Assembly: GCA_026984035.1 (NCBI GenBank)
Contig: JALSSW010000051.1
Coordinates: 2,707 to 66,706 of the forward strand
Reading direction: 5' to 3'
DNA: 64,000 nt
Origin: Planctomycetota bacterium
GTDB taxonomy: Bacteria > Planctomycetota > UBA1135 > GCA-002748355
A program made the translations under genes and the position numbers. The notes beneath the pieces were generated by a model that saw nothing but the letters and a program-made list of their open reading frames with translations, did not search any database and was not told the origin of the DNA. Positions within the stretch are counted from its first letter, which is position 1. Each line of letters starts with the position of its first letter. This document shows positions 1 through 10,239 of the stretch, piece after piece.

Positions 1-739
1 CCTCCGCGATTCCCCCAAGATCCAAAACTTCATGCGAAGGTATGGGGAATTGAGCCAGGGGATGCAGAAAGCGGTCTTTCTTGAAGGAACTTTCCCGATA
101 AGTCTTTTCACCCGGACCTCGCCACCTGGCACCATCGGCCCGCACTTGGACCCAAGGATCTTGCAAAGCAGTTTGGAGATGGACCTGTTTTGGCAAGCTC
201 TCGAGTTTTCGACTGAAAAGAACCCGCATCGCACGATCGGAAAAACCAAAAACCTGACAATGGATCCCACTCAGGTCTTCAAAGACAAAGCTCAGTGTCT
301 CTCCGGCTCGGTCCATCATGGGGGCAAAGCGAAGAGGAGGGAGACGGCCCCCTACAATCCTCCGACTGTATCCACGAAAAGAAGATCCCTTCTTTCGAAT
401 CACGTGGACCCAAAGATCCTCCCGCACCCCGGCACTGAACAGAAGAAGTCCTCTTCCACCGGGAGGTTCCCAAACTTCAATCCGAGAACAGGAAGAAGGG
501 AAGGGAAAGGCGAAGGGCAACTCGAGGCCCTGGAGAGAGGGAGAGGGTTGCCGAAGCACAAGGCCCACGATCCGCCCCCTACGTCTCAGTAGCTTCAACC
601 GCTCGGGACTCCATTCTTTCTTTTTCAGGGTTAAGAAATCAAGAGCAGCCAAAGATTCCTGAGCAGGCAAGGAGAGCACGGCCCTCAGAGGGAGGCAAAC
701 CGAACAAGCCAGCCAAAGAAGAAGCCGAAAGCCCTTCAT
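1..739 (-). CDS. Hypothetical exported protein, partial (runs off the left edge; not in ORF track)
   Basis: ATG at 739 overlaps the TGA of the upstream gene (ATGA coupling). Manual translation MKGFRLLLWLACSVCLPLRAVLSLPAQES... stays open for 246 codons to the window edge, with a signal-peptide-like N-terminus. Confidence 0.75.
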   Translation of the reverse strand, partial: MKGFRLLLWLACSVCLPLRAVLSLPAQESLAALDFLTLKKKEWSPERLKLLRRRGRIVGLVLRQPSPSLQGLELPFAFPFPSSCSRIEVWEPPGGRGLLLFSAGVREDLWVHVIRKKGSSFRGYSRRIVGGRLPPLRFAPMMDRAGETLSFVFEDLSGIHCQVFGFSDRAMRVLFSRKLESLPKQVHLQTALQDPWVQVRADGARWRGPGEKTYRESSFKKDRFLHPLAQFPIPSHEVLDLGGIAE

Positions 740-2664
740 TTCTTTGCCCCTCCTGCAGCTTTCGCCATCCTCTTTGTAAAGGCCCGCTCCACCCATAGCC
801 TCGCATGAACCAAGTGTCCACCTTCTCGCCAAAACATCTGTAGAGGTTCATCGGGACAAAGGTCAAATGCATTCCAGAGGATCCAAAGGCCCGGGAGGGG
901 TGCTCCTTCTGATCGAATTGGGGTCGTGAGCAATTCCCAAAGGGTCAAACGCGTCCGAGGGCGGGGAGGAAGTCGGAGCAGAAAGGATCCAAGGCTGGTA
1001 CATAGGGCAACCTTTCTCTCAAACTTGGGTCCCAAAGCAAAGCCAGGCCCACGATCACCCAGGACCCGAGCGCGATCTTGGAGGTCCACCCCCAAACGCC
1101 CTCTGAACCCCAAGGCTTGGGCTTCTCGAACAGGCTCGGGCTTCTTGGGGATTAGCTGAACAGCTGTTCCATTCTCGCGAACGCGTACCAAGACTCCTAA
1201 ACCGGCTCCCGCCAGCTTCTCAGGAACAGGGAGAGCACTGGGATGCAAAGTTCGTAAACTAATCACCTGGCGCTGCAGCCCTTCCTCTCGGACAAAGGGG
1301 GACCTTAGCACCGAACCTAGTCCCCAAAGAAAACGCTGAGGATGACAAGCTGCCTCGGCCCTTCCCGAGAGCACCAAGGGAAGATCCTGGCTCTTTCCGC
1401 GCTCCAGCTCTGCGGCCTTACGGAGTAGGCTGACCGTTTGGATGACAAAACGATCATGCACAGCCATCCGTTTCTGCTCACGTTTCTGGGCTGGAACAAG
1501 GCCAAGCAAACCTAGAAGAAGAATCGGAGAAAACATAAACCCTTTTCCCTCTCCACCCATGGGCACAAAAGTCAAAAGGGCAAGCCAAGGGCCCAAACAG
1601 GCCAGATAAGCGTAACGCTGATTAGCGGGATCGCGCATGGAAGGTAAGAGCAAGGCCAAGGGTCCGAACAAGCCGATCCCCACCAAAGCAATGCCCCCCA
1701 TGCGGGAGAAAAACGAGCCTCTTTCCCGGAAGCAAAACCAAAAGAGTCCCAAAAGCAACAGGACAGGAAGGCCCCATTGAAGGAGAGGATTCTGAGTGTC
1801 TCTAGGAACAAGAGACAGCGAAAGGGTGTTGGCAAGGCCCGAAAAAATGGCAGGAACATCCAATCGAGCAGCCTTCAAGAAGCCATAACCGCCAAGAAGC
1901 TGCCCCAAGAAGACCCACCGAAACAGGAGATCCAAGGGAATGAGGACCAGGAGGCCTAAGGAAGGGAAGCGGTTCCAAACATGCGAGCCTTGTTCCCGAA
2001 CTTTGGGAAGCCGGATGGAAGAGTCCAAAAGATCCACACCTAAGAGCAGGAAAGGGATCCCGAATGCTGACTCCTTTGTAAGAAGACCCAAAATGGTGCA
2101 CACCCAGACCGGCCATCGCGCTCCCCCCCGGCGTGCCCGAAGATGAAAAAACACCGCCCCCAAAATCCATGGAACTACGTGGGTGTCCACCCGCCCCACC
2201 ACCCATTCGAGCGAAGCAATCGGAACGGGGTGAAAAAGCCAGAGGAGGGCAAGGACCAGCCCCACCACATCGCCCCGCCATCCACCAAGAAACAGGGCCA
2301 TGATCCGTTGAAGCAACACAAGGGAGAGAACAAAAGCAAGGAGGTTCATGCTGAAGAACCCCAAGGGTTTCACTCCAAAGAGAAAGAAGTCCTGCCAAAG
2401 TGAGAGGGTAATCAGGGGTCGGTGGAAAACAAAAAAGTTGAGATCGTATTGCGGCCCGAAAAAATCATGGAGGACATTTCCCAAATTCCGGGCATATGCG
2501 ATGGTCGGATAATCATCGGCTTTGAAATGCAAGCCTCGCGGATCGTGGATCCACACCGCCAGCAGCAAAAGACCCAGCGCGATCCCTATGGCCCTTAACC
2601 TTGCTGCTATCCCCCCTTGCCCCAGACTTTTCAATCCCACCATTCTTAATCCAGCATTTTTCAA
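736..2664 (-). CDS. Polytopic membrane protein, GT-C/PMT-like glycosyltransferase superfamily
   Basis: DDY motif after TM1, 'FHRPL', 'GFFSMNL', 'LLTKESA' and many hydrophobic helices. ATGA-coupled to both neighbours. Confidence 0.65.
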   Translation of the reverse strand: MKNAGLRMVGLKSLGQGGIAARLRAIGIALGLLLLAVWIHDPRGLHFKADDYPTIAYARNLGNVLHDFFGPQYDLNFFVFHRPLITLSLWQDFFLFGVKPLGFFSMNLLAFVLSLVLLQRIMALFLGGWRGDVVGLVLALLWLFHPVPIASLEWVVGRVDTHVVPWILGAVFFHLRARRGGARWPVWVCTILGLLTKESAFGIPFLLLGVDLLDSSIRLPKVREQGSHVWNRFPSLGLLVLIPLDLLFRWVFLGQLLGGYGFLKAARLDVPAIFSGLANTLSLSLVPRDTQNPLLQWGLPVLLLLGLFWFCFRERGSFFSRMGGIALVGIGLFGPLALLLPSMRDPANQRYAYLACLGPWLALLTFVPMGGEGKGFMFSPILLLGLLGLVPAQKREQKRMAVHDRFVIQTVSLLRKAAELERGKSQDLPLVLSGRAEAACHPQRFLWGLGSVLRSPFVREEGLQRQVISLRTLHPSALPVPEKLAGAGLGVLVRVRENGTAVQLIPKKPEPVREAQALGFRGRLGVDLQDRARVLGDRGPGFALGPKFERKVALCTSLGSFLLRLPPRPRTRLTLWELLTTPIRSEGAPLPGLWILWNAFDLCPDEPLQMFWREGGHLVHARLWVERAFTKRMAKAAGGAKK

Positions 2665-5162
2665 TCTCTTCTGGCCCCCCCCTCAATCCAAGCGCGAAGC
2701 AAAGCACGCCCGCTGGTCCCGAGGGGGGGGAAGCCTAATGGCATCTGCACTCCAAGCACAGGTTGGCGTAGGTCCACTTTTTGGTAGAAGAAACTCGCTC
2801 CGGCATTTCCAGGAACAAGAATGGGTACCTGCCCCCGGAAAGACCCACCTCTGAAGAGGTCTCCATAGGTATCGAGAGCAAAGTCACCTCGCTTGTTCCC
2901 TCCCGCGTGGCAAATCCCGCATTTGTCCAATAGAAGGGGCAAGACATTTCGAGCATAGTGGATCCGACGTTGGGGGAGACCCAAGCCATTGCGGAAATCG
3001 CTGTTTTCCACAGAAAAAGCGAAGAGCGGAGGAACCCCGCCGGTCCCCACCTCCGGAACTCCATCCCTGTCGCTATCGGAGTTGCCATCCCCAAAGGTCT
3101 CCCCCGCCTCTGGCCACTCCGCCAAAATCAACCCAAGGCTCTTGAGCTGCTTGAAAAAAGATTGATAACGAAGAGGAGCCTTGGGATCTGTGCCCACGCG
3201 CGCCTCTACGGCAAGAAGATCCAAAACCCGTGATGCCAAGAGGGGCGTGAGGCGGAAAGCCTCCCCCGTCGCAAAACTCCGCACCATTTGACCTTGGGCA
3301 AAGGCACGACCCCGAAGGCGCGCAGATGCACGGAGTCCTAAATCCCGAAGGTCCTCCCGCCGCAACACGCGTGATGCCTCGAGCAATCCCGTCAGAAGCT
3401 GACTCGCAGGGCCTAAGTCCGCTTCAAGCGCGGCCCCTTTCCCTGTCTGAAGATGATAGCTTTCCAAAACGGCCCCATCTTTTCGAAGCAGATACCGCCC
3501 CGCAAAGGCAGCAGCACGTATAAGCAACGTCCGGGCCAAACTCTCCTCGGGCCGCACCTCGAGGACTTCGGCCAAAGCCTGCATGGCTGCTCCCAATGAG
3601 TCCGCAAAAACGGTGTCCCCCTTACTCTCCACATCTGCCCGGTCCACCAAGGCACCCGAATTCGCATCCCGGAAAAAGGCAGCCATCATCCGCAGGCTCA
3701 CCTGCAAGCTGTCAAGCCCTGGACGAGGCCGGATCTCGCGGGCGCCCGGATCCTTCTCCAGAGCCCCTCCGTCAATCCAGTCTGCGATGAGCTGGATCTC
3801 ACTTGGCTTAAGATAGGGACCAAACTGAGGCATCCGATCAAAGCCTTTGGGGGGAGTCGGAGTCAGGACTTGCCAGAGAAGGCTCTTCCCGTGGTCCTTC
3901 TTGACCACAATAGGATGGGTCTTTTGATGGTTCCCTCCCTTGAGGAGGTTTTTATAGGTCGTGACCGAAAATCCACCATTAGGCCCTGGAGGCGAATGGC
4001 AAGAGAGGCAATAGCCTTGGAGAAGACCCTTGGTATGTTTCTCCCAGGAGATCACTCCGCTGGGAAGGCCCCCACCCCCTTCCCCACTCTGCGGAGAACT
4101 GGAAGAAGCAGAAGCACTGCCGCCGATGGGAGGTTCCCCAAAAGGATCTCCTTCGAACAAGCGCCTCAAAAGGGGGTTTTGCTGCTTGGAGTCCGCCAAC
4201 CATGCGAGGGCAGCCGCTCCCCGAAGGATGGCAGCAAGGTCAGCCAGTTGAGCCCCACGATCGACCGGCACAAATCCCGAAGGTCTCGAAGGAAGACCGG
4301 AACCTGGGTCTTCTTCCGCCCAACGCAGCACAGCAGGAAACACCCGGGGGCTGAGCAAGGGATCAAAACGCTCCGGATCGGCGATCCGGGACAGGGCTTT
4401 CCCGTCAAAAGCACATTGCTCCAGCAAAAGCCGTTCGATGGCAAGAGCCTTTTCCAGGAGGAGCAAACCCAACATGCCCTCCTTGGCTGTCCTCCCGTAA
4501 AGGTCTCCGCGTCCCTTTCCCAAAAGCAGGGCCGCCCCCCGACTTAAGCCCAGGAGGCCAAATCCAAGCTGACCAGGATGAAGCGCATGGCTTTCCTGAG
4601 GCAGATTCTGCAGGCGCAGATGCTCATAGTCCTCCCGCCCTGTCACCCTCGCCCGAAGTTTCGGGAGGAGGCGATCTGGAAGGAGGTAGCCTTGGCCGAG
4701 CCCCTTAGGAGGAAGAGCATTTGTCCGAAAAGCGTATTGCAAACGAAGACCACCGAGCACTTCGTCCAGATTGCCCGCTTTCCCATTCTGATCTTTGGGG
4801 GCGTTCTTGGCACGAGCCTTTCTCTCTAACCAGGAGGACCAGAGGAGAGAACTGCCCTGGCCACTCTCCAGGTAAAGACTTCGGAGAGCCGATTCTCCCA
4901 TTGCCCCCATCTCGCCCCCAAGGATGGAGGCGGGGCCGCGAGTCCACGGCTCTCCTCCCCTCCGCGGATCTGAAGCCAAGAAGGAGGATAGGAGAGCTTC
5001 CTGGCTTTCGACTTGGAGAGCCCCTTGGCCACGCCGCAGCTCGGGGCCTCCTGCACGAGCGCCTGTGCCGCTTTCACCGGTCTTTCCGCAGGATCCCAGG
5101 AGGAAAACAGAGATGGCTCCAAGCAAAATCAGGCACCTGGGGGAGATAGAATTCATCTCCAA
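2661..5162 (-). CDS. Large lipoprotein with two planctomycete-type cytochrome c (PSCyt1-like) domains
   Basis: Lipobox-like LLGSC. CLSCH...LLKGG...MP...WIDGGA and CGICH...LFRGG...MP...WIEGGA. Acidic DSDRDGVPE motif. Confidence 0.8.
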   Translation of the reverse strand: MEMNSISPRCLILLGAISVFLLGSCGKTGESGTGARAGGPELRRGQGALQVESQEALLSSFLASDPRRGGEPWTRGPASILGGEMGAMGESALRSLYLESGQGSSLLWSSWLERKARAKNAPKDQNGKAGNLDEVLGGLRLQYAFRTNALPPKGLGQGYLLPDRLLPKLRARVTGREDYEHLRLQNLPQESHALHPGQLGFGLLGLSRGAALLLGKGRGDLYGRTAKEGMLGLLLLEKALAIERLLLEQCAFDGKALSRIADPERFDPLLSPRVFPAVLRWAEEDPGSGLPSRPSGFVPVDRGAQLADLAAILRGAAALAWLADSKQQNPLLRRLFEGDPFGEPPIGGSASASSSSPQSGEGGGGLPSGVISWEKHTKGLLQGYCLSCHSPPGPNGGFSVTTYKNLLKGGNHQKTHPIVVKKDHGKSLLWQVLTPTPPKGFDRMPQFGPYLKPSEIQLIADWIDGGALEKDPGAREIRPRPGLDSLQVSLRMMAAFFRDANSGALVDRADVESKGDTVFADSLGAAMQALAEVLEVRPEESLARTLLIRAAAFAGRYLLRKDGAVLESYHLQTGKGAALEADLGPASQLLTGLLEASRVLRREDLRDLGLRASARLRGRAFAQGQMVRSFATGEAFRLTPLLASRVLDLLAVEARVGTDPKAPLRYQSFFKQLKSLGLILAEWPEAGETFGDGNSDSDRDGVPEVGTGGVPPLFAFSVENSDFRNGLGLPQRRIHYARNVLPLLLDKCGICHAGGNKRGDFALDTYGDLFRGGSFRGQVPILVPGNAGASFFYQKVDLRQPVLGVQMPLGFPPLGTSGRALLRAWIEGGARRD

Positions 5163-5229
5163 AGGATACCCTTCAATCCAGGAGGGATCTTCCCCTTCTC
5201 GTCAAATCAGGCCAAGACCTTCAGGTAGG

Positions 5230-5847
5230 TCAAAGCTCGTGCTCGGGGATTTCTACCTGCAAAACCCGGTATCCATCGCTCCAAAGCCGCTCGACAAATT
5301 CTTCAACGCGGCTTCCGCGGACCCTCAACGCCGCCATCTTGCGCCCCGGATTGGCCATTCTCCGATGGAGAACAAAGTTGTCGACTTCCAGGCTGAACTC
5401 CTCGACGAGAGCTCCAAGGAGGGTCAGGGCATTTTGGGATCCATCCAGATCAAAAGTAAGCCGAGCAGAATCAGCGCCGGCTTCCATAAAAGTCTCGATG
5501 GCATGGAAAATATCGGAATCGGTGATAATCCCCACGAGCTTTTCTTCATGGACTACCGGGAGGGACCCTACCTTGTGAGATCTCATCTTGTGCACAGCAT
5601 CTTCGAGGGGTTCGTAGGGAGACACTGTGAGAACTGAAGTCACCATGATTCTGGAGACAGACTCCTGGAGACGAGTAGGCGGCAGCACACGAAGGTCCCC
5701 CTCGGTCACCAAACCCAAGAGTTTCCCATCCTGAACAACGGGTATACGTCGGATTTCGTTGAGGTCCATCATCTCTTTGACAGACTTCAAGCTTTCCCTA
5801 GGTCCCACAGTCAAGGGCTTTTCAGTCATCCATAACCGTACGAACAT
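5230..5847 (-). CDS. CBS-pair plus ACT-like domain protein (AcuB-like)
   Basis: MFVRLWMT start with GGAG RBS. Two CBS pairs (IRRIPVV..LLGLVTEGD; VGSLPVV..LVGIITDSD) and a C-terminal ACT-like region. Confidence 0.85.
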   Translation of the reverse strand: MFVRLWMTEKPLTVGPRESLKSVKEMMDLNEIRRIPVVQDGKLLGLVTEGDLRVLPPTRLQESVSRIMVTSVLTVSPYEPLEDAVHKMRSHKVGSLPVVHEEKLVGIITDSDIFHAIETFMEAGADSARLTFDLDGSQNALTLLGALVEEFSLEVDNFVLHRRMANPGRKMAALRVRGSRVEEFVERLWSDGYRVLQVEIPEHEL

Positions 5848-6035
5848 GAGGTCTCCCGCGCCCTCCCCTATGTATTCCACAGCCCACAGAATCCCTGTCG
5901 GCCTCTTCCTTTTCGGCCAAAGTCCCCCTAAGACTGGAATCCCTCTGACTCATTCGCTATCTTCCCGCCCCTGTCGGATTCACGCATGGATTCCAAGAAA
6001 CGACTCCAAGCAGGGACCCCAAGAAAAGACGCCAA

Positions 6036-6112
6036 GCGCCCGTAGCTCAGCAGGATAGAGCATCGGTTTCCTAAACCGAAGGTCACAGGTTCGAGCCCTG
6101 TCGGGCGTACCA
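6036..6112 (+). tRNA. tRNA-Arg(CCT)
   Basis: Acceptor stem GCGCCCG/CGGGCGT, D-arm GCTC/GAGC, anticodon arm TCGGT-TTCCTAA-ACCGA, T-arm ACAGG-TTCGAGC-CCTGT, encoded CCA. Confidence 0.97.
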
Positions 6113-6273
6113 CCTTCTCTGTATTTTCAGGGACAGGAGTCACAGCCAAGCACCGTCCTTCCAATCCACCCTTCCCCTCGGCTTTTCCCCTCTCTTGCCT
6201 CCCTCATGATCATAAGGTTTTTTTCCTGCCCCAATCGGTTCGGAAAACATGCAAAAAAAACCGAAACTTTCTT

Positions 6274-6615
6274 ATGCAAAAAAGATTCAAACCATCCATA
6301 ACTCTTGCCACTCTCCTTCTGCTTGGTGTTCAGAACTCCTGCACGAATGAAGATGGCGTCTATCCCAACCTCTCGGCCCTGACAAAAGAGCTGAGCAAAG
6401 AGGGTTTTCAATTCCTTGGTCAGATTGGAAATGAATGGCCGGCGACCTTGGTCGATTTTAAAGAAGGGAAGGAAAAGATTGACTTCGCAGTTCCAGGGAA
6501 AGCCCCGCAGTCCTACAGTGGCTTTAAAGGGTATCTTCTCCGAGCCTACCTCATGCAAAACAAAGATTCCGGTAAAGAATTTGTGGTGGTCTTCAAGCGC
6601 AAGCTGCAGGGATAG
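6274..6615 (+). CDS. Small hypothetical lipoprotein
   Basis: Basic N-terminus, hydrophobic stretch, then NSC. Fills the gap between the tRNA and the glycosyltransferase. Confidence 0.6.
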   Translation: MQKRFKPSITLATLLLLGVQNSCTNEDGVYPNLSALTKELSKEGFQFLGQIGNEWPATLVDFKEGKEKIDFAVPGKAPQSYSGFKGYLLRAYLMQNKDSGKEFVVVFKRKLQG

Positions 6616-6702
6616 CCGCTTCGCAGTTTCGCCGCAGCTTGAGGTCAAGCCATGATCTGCCCCCAATCGGATCCATTCCAAGCTTCCGTGGATGGAACAA
6701 GA

Positions 6703-9279
6703 TCAAGACTCAAGCAAACTTGGCTCAAGTAAGAGTTCATAGACTTCACAAAGATGGTCCAGGTAAGAGTCGAAACCTCTCGGCCCTTGGATGGCTTCTT
6801 GCATGGAAGGGAGGAGTCCAGGCTCTTGAAGGAACCGCTGCAGCATTTTATGAAGGGTCGGAATCTCTCCAGGTGGAAAGAGCAGGCCTGTGATGCCATC
6901 TTCGATGAAGTCGGGGATGCCTCCAATATGGCTCCCGAGAACGGGAACGCGAGCCGCTAGGGCCTCCGCTACAACAAAGGGAGCACAGTCCTCCCAAAGG
7001 GAGGGGACAACAACCAGGTCTACTTGTTCCAGGATCCGGGGAAGTTCTTCAGGGCGATAGGCCCCATGAAATTGGCAGGATTCGGCAGGGGCCCTCGCCT
7101 GGAGGTAGGTCGCGAAGGGACCCTCAAAATGCCCGAAAAAATGAGCCTCAAGCTCAGTGGGAGAAAAACCTTTTAGGGCTTCGAGGAGAACCTGGGGACC
7201 TTTGTGAGGGAGGAGAGAACCAATAAAGCCGACCCGGAGCGGGCCTTCTCGGCGAGGCGTTTCCATCCGAGTTCGTCCCACTTGCTTCCAGATGGCATCC
7301 AAACTTTTGGGCTGTTGGTGGAGGACGAAAACCTTGCTTGGATCCGCTCCATTTTGTACGTAAATCTCGCGGGCTCTCTCCGAAACAGCAAGGTGAAAAT
7401 CAAGTGCTTCATTGAGGAACATTTGACCCGCGGTCCGTCGCAGAGCAAAGCCCTCTTTCTCTTCAGGGCAATGGCAGCAACTGGCGCAATTGGTCCCCGA
7501 AGGCTCGGGTCCATTGCAGAGCTGCAAGTTTTCATGAAAGAGGTAAATCCTGGGACAGATGGGCCAATAGTTGTTGGAACTGTAGACAACCGTCTTTCCC
7601 CTCTCCTTGGCCGTGGCGGCAAGACTCATTCCCAGGTTGTGGAGATTAAAGCAATGCACCACATCTGGATCCTTCGCATCGAGAACTTCCTCAAAAAGGG
7701 ACAGGATCTTGGGATCGTCTATTTCTCTGGCAGGGTTTTGACCATCCAGGAAAAGACTAGGACGGTTGAAGACACCTATCAGCTCAACCCCCTGTTCGTA
7801 CCGGACCTCGGTTCCATATGGAGGTAAATCCGGCCTTTCGGTCGCCCCTGCATAAAACACCGTAACCTTGTGTCCTCTCTCGGCAAAAGCTAGGGCCACA
7901 TCCCTGGGGAGGATGGTCCCCCCCCCACTCTCCTCCCACCCATACATACAAATCATTATGTTTCGGCCTCCGGGCAAAGGAAGAGGAGCGGAGATCTCCG
8001 AAGCCAGGGATCGAGGCAGGCCCAAGCGGGCGGCTCGGCGCTCGCCTTCACTTATGGGAATCCCATTGGGCCCTTGATACACATCCCAAGGAATCTGCTT
8101 TGGAGCGATTTGAGGGGAAACCCAGGTGTCGCCATCCCAGACCAGGGCATGAGCCTCCCGCGAAGAACTGACCAGCGGACTCTCCAGGGATGCAAAGGCC
8201 AACTGTGGAGGATAAAGCTTGGTACCCTGCTCACGTGCAGCAAGAACCCGCTCCCGGTTGATGGACACTTGGGGAAGCTCCTTGGCCAGGCGAAGGGCCG
8301 CCCAAGCTTCCCGGTCCTTGCCAATGCAAAACAAAAGACAGGCTGAGTTGTTCGCGAAGGCCGATGTCAGCTCCTTTGCCCTGGGATGATCCACAGGAAA
8401 CCCCTCCAGGGCTTTCTGATAAAACTCCAAGGCCAAACCCATATCCGTGTACGGCCCCAAAGCACAAAGATTCCCACTTTCAAAAAAGCAAGCGGCACGA
8501 TCAAAGGGATCCTTGGAGTGCTCCAACCCGGTATAGATATCTTCCACAGACCTCTCGCGCCGGTATTTGGCCAAGACCTTATGAACCTCCCTCAGGGTAG
8601 GCTCTCTTCTCTCTCTCCCACTATTGCTGTCAGGTCTCTCAAGGAACAAACCAAGACTCTCCCGCAAATGCACGGCTCCACTGTTCCAAGCAATGCGAAG
8701 AAACATGTCATGATCCCCGGCAATCACAAGCTCGGGATCAAACAAACCCACCTCCTGATGCACTTTCCTTCGCCAAAGAGGCTGAGCCCCAAACAGGCAA
8801 CAGGACAAACCCACGTTCCAGGTGAAATCGGGCCAGTCATGGCGCTTGAGGGCGGTATTCTCCTCGAAGGTCTCGTTTTCCCCATGCGTTATCAAAGTAT
8901 CCGCATAGACGATCCCATATTCAGGGTGAGCCTCCAGCACCTCTGCCATGCGGGCCAATGCGTCCACACGATGCCTATCATCCGTGTTGGCTGTTGTTAG
9001 ATATTTGCCTCTCGCCAGGAGGATGGCCCGATTAAAGGCTTCGTGTGAGTTTTCTCGAAACTCCGTCCGATAGTATCGCAACACGGGTTGCCCTTCTTGG
9101 CGGGCCTCTTGAAACCCACGAACGATCTCCCCCTCCTTCCCTGGAGATGCACTGTCAATCACGAGGATTTCAAGGCGCTCCCCCAAGCTTTGCCGCAAAA
9201 GATCTTCCATGCAGCCCCTCATGAAACGCTCGGCGTTCCATGTGGACACAATTGCGGTTACCAAGATTTTTTCTTCCAT
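6703..9279 (-). CDS. Fused glycosyltransferase: GT2 + TPR-like linker + GT4 (GT-B)
   Basis: N-terminal GT2 (ILVIDSAS, ANTDD), helical middle region, C-terminal GT4 (HKGPQVLLEA; VPSLWEDCAPFVVAEALA). Start placed at MEEKILV (alternative 9300). Confidence 0.88.
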   Translation of the reverse strand: MEEKILVTAIVSTWNAERFMRGCMEDLLRQSLGERLEILVIDSASPGKEGEIVRGFQEARQEGQPVLRYYRTEFRENSHEAFNRAILLARGKYLTTANTDDRHRVDALARMAEVLEAHPEYGIVYADTLITHGENETFEENTALKRHDWPDFTWNVGLSCCLFGAQPLWRRKVHQEVGLFDPELVIAGDHDMFLRIAWNSGAVHLRESLGLFLERPDSNSGRERREPTLREVHKVLAKYRRERSVEDIYTGLEHSKDPFDRAACFFESGNLCALGPYTDMGLALEFYQKALEGFPVDHPRAKELTSAFANNSACLLFCIGKDREAWAALRLAKELPQVSINRERVLAAREQGTKLYPPQLAFASLESPLVSSSREAHALVWDGDTWVSPQIAPKQIPWDVYQGPNGIPISEGERRAARLGLPRSLASEISAPLPLPGGRNIMICMYGWEESGGGTILPRDVALAFAERGHKVTVFYAGATERPDLPPYGTEVRYEQGVELIGVFNRPSLFLDGQNPAREIDDPKILSLFEEVLDAKDPDVVHCFNLHNLGMSLAATAKERGKTVVYSSNNYWPICPRIYLFHENLQLCNGPEPSGTNCASCCHCPEEKEGFALRRTAGQMFLNEALDFHLAVSERAREIYVQNGADPSKVFVLHQQPKSLDAIWKQVGRTRMETPRREGPLRVGFIGSLLPHKGPQVLLEALKGFSPTELEAHFFGHFEGPFATYLQARAPAESCQFHGAYRPEELPRILEQVDLVVVPSLWEDCAPFVVAEALAARVPVLGSHIGGIPDFIEDGITGLLFPPGEIPTLHKMLQRFLQEPGLLPSMQEAIQGPRGFDSYLDHLCEVYELLLEPSLLES

Positions 9280-9452
9280 ACGATCAATCTCCGATCCCAT
9301 GGAGCTTATCGACGCATCCGGGCTCGTCCCTAAGCCCTGAGGACAACAAGGCAGACCGAAAAAGCACTTCTTTGCTAGAATCAAAGCAGTTCAGCTCTCG
9401 GCATAGGCGATTCTTCTTCCAGACCACAAAGCTCTCTTCCTCAAGGATCCTG

Positions 9453-10226
9453 ATGTTCCGATCCTCCTCCATCCCCAAAAGCGTCCTTCTTCTCCTCCTG
9501 GGTGACCTCTTCCTCCTTTTCGGGATGGTTGTCATCTACTGGCACCAACATCTTGGAGACTTCCTCAGTCGCATCCTTAACCTGGGCGAAGAAGCCAGCA
9601 TTGGCACTTGGTTCTCCTCGGTTCAATGGACCCTCGTCGGAATCCTGGCATGGCGGTACTTCCAAAACCAAATGCAGAGAAAGGCCAAAGGAGCCTTTTT
9701 CCTCATAGGCTTTCCTTTCATTTTTTTTGCTTTCTCCCTCGATGAAGTCGCCCAGATTCATGAATCGTTGGGACAAATCGCTGACCAACGGTTCTTAGGT
9801 GCTTCCTATCAAGATTCCTGGTTCCACCTTACCGGGATTTGGATGTTGGCCCTGGGCATTCCCGTCGTTCTCGGCCTGGGGGTCCTATTCTTTTTCCTCA
9901 GACGTTTTTTCCCCCTCAAGCAAGGAGGGAGACTTGTCCTATTAGGTTTCGCGGTCTTTTTTTTGGGGGCCCTGGGAATGGAGACGATCTCCAACCTTTT
10001 TCAATCCTCACAGGATTGGGGGATTGTTGTCGAAACCGCAATCGAAGAAGAAATGGAAATGTTGGGGGTGACTCTTCTCTTTTGGGGCTTCCACAGGCTC
10101 CTCTCCTCAAACGAATCACAGGGGGCTCTTTTTTTTGCCCCGGTTCCCCCAACCACTCATCTCCGGACTCCCCCGCCACAATCCCCCCTGAAAAGGGAAG
10201 ATTCCAAACGCAAAAGAACTGGTTAG
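9453..10226 (+). CDS. Hypothetical multi-pass membrane protein
   Basis: About 7 hydrophobic helices with SLDEVAQIHE and IEEEMEMLG acidic motifs. ATG at 9453 avoids overlap with the divergent GT gene. Confidence 0.7.
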   Translation: MFRSSSIPKSVLLLLLGDLFLLFGMVVIYWHQHLGDFLSRILNLGEEASIGTWFSSVQWTLVGILAWRYFQNQMQRKAKGAFFLIGFPFIFFAFSLDEVAQIHESLGQIADQRFLGASYQDSWFHLTGIWMLALGIPVVLGLGVLFFFLRRFFPLKQGGRLVLLGFAVFFLGALGMETISNLFQSSQDWGIVVETAIEEEMEMLGVTLLFWGFHRLLSSNESQGALFFAPVPPTTHLRTPPPQSPLKREDSKRKRTG

Positions 10227-10239
10227 AATCCTTTCCAAA

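Noticed and set aside
32-662. Plus-strand ORFs of 186 and 114 aa
   Set aside because: Shadows of the coupled minus-strand CDS at 1-739.
6036-6700. tRNA-Arg(CCT) as the integration site of a genomic island
   Set aside because: No integrase or transposase, and I noticed no duplicated tRNA 3' end in the window (visual search only).
7425-7570. CASCCH in the glycosyltransferase as a heme motif
   Set aside because: Not CxxCH spacing, and the protein has no export signal.
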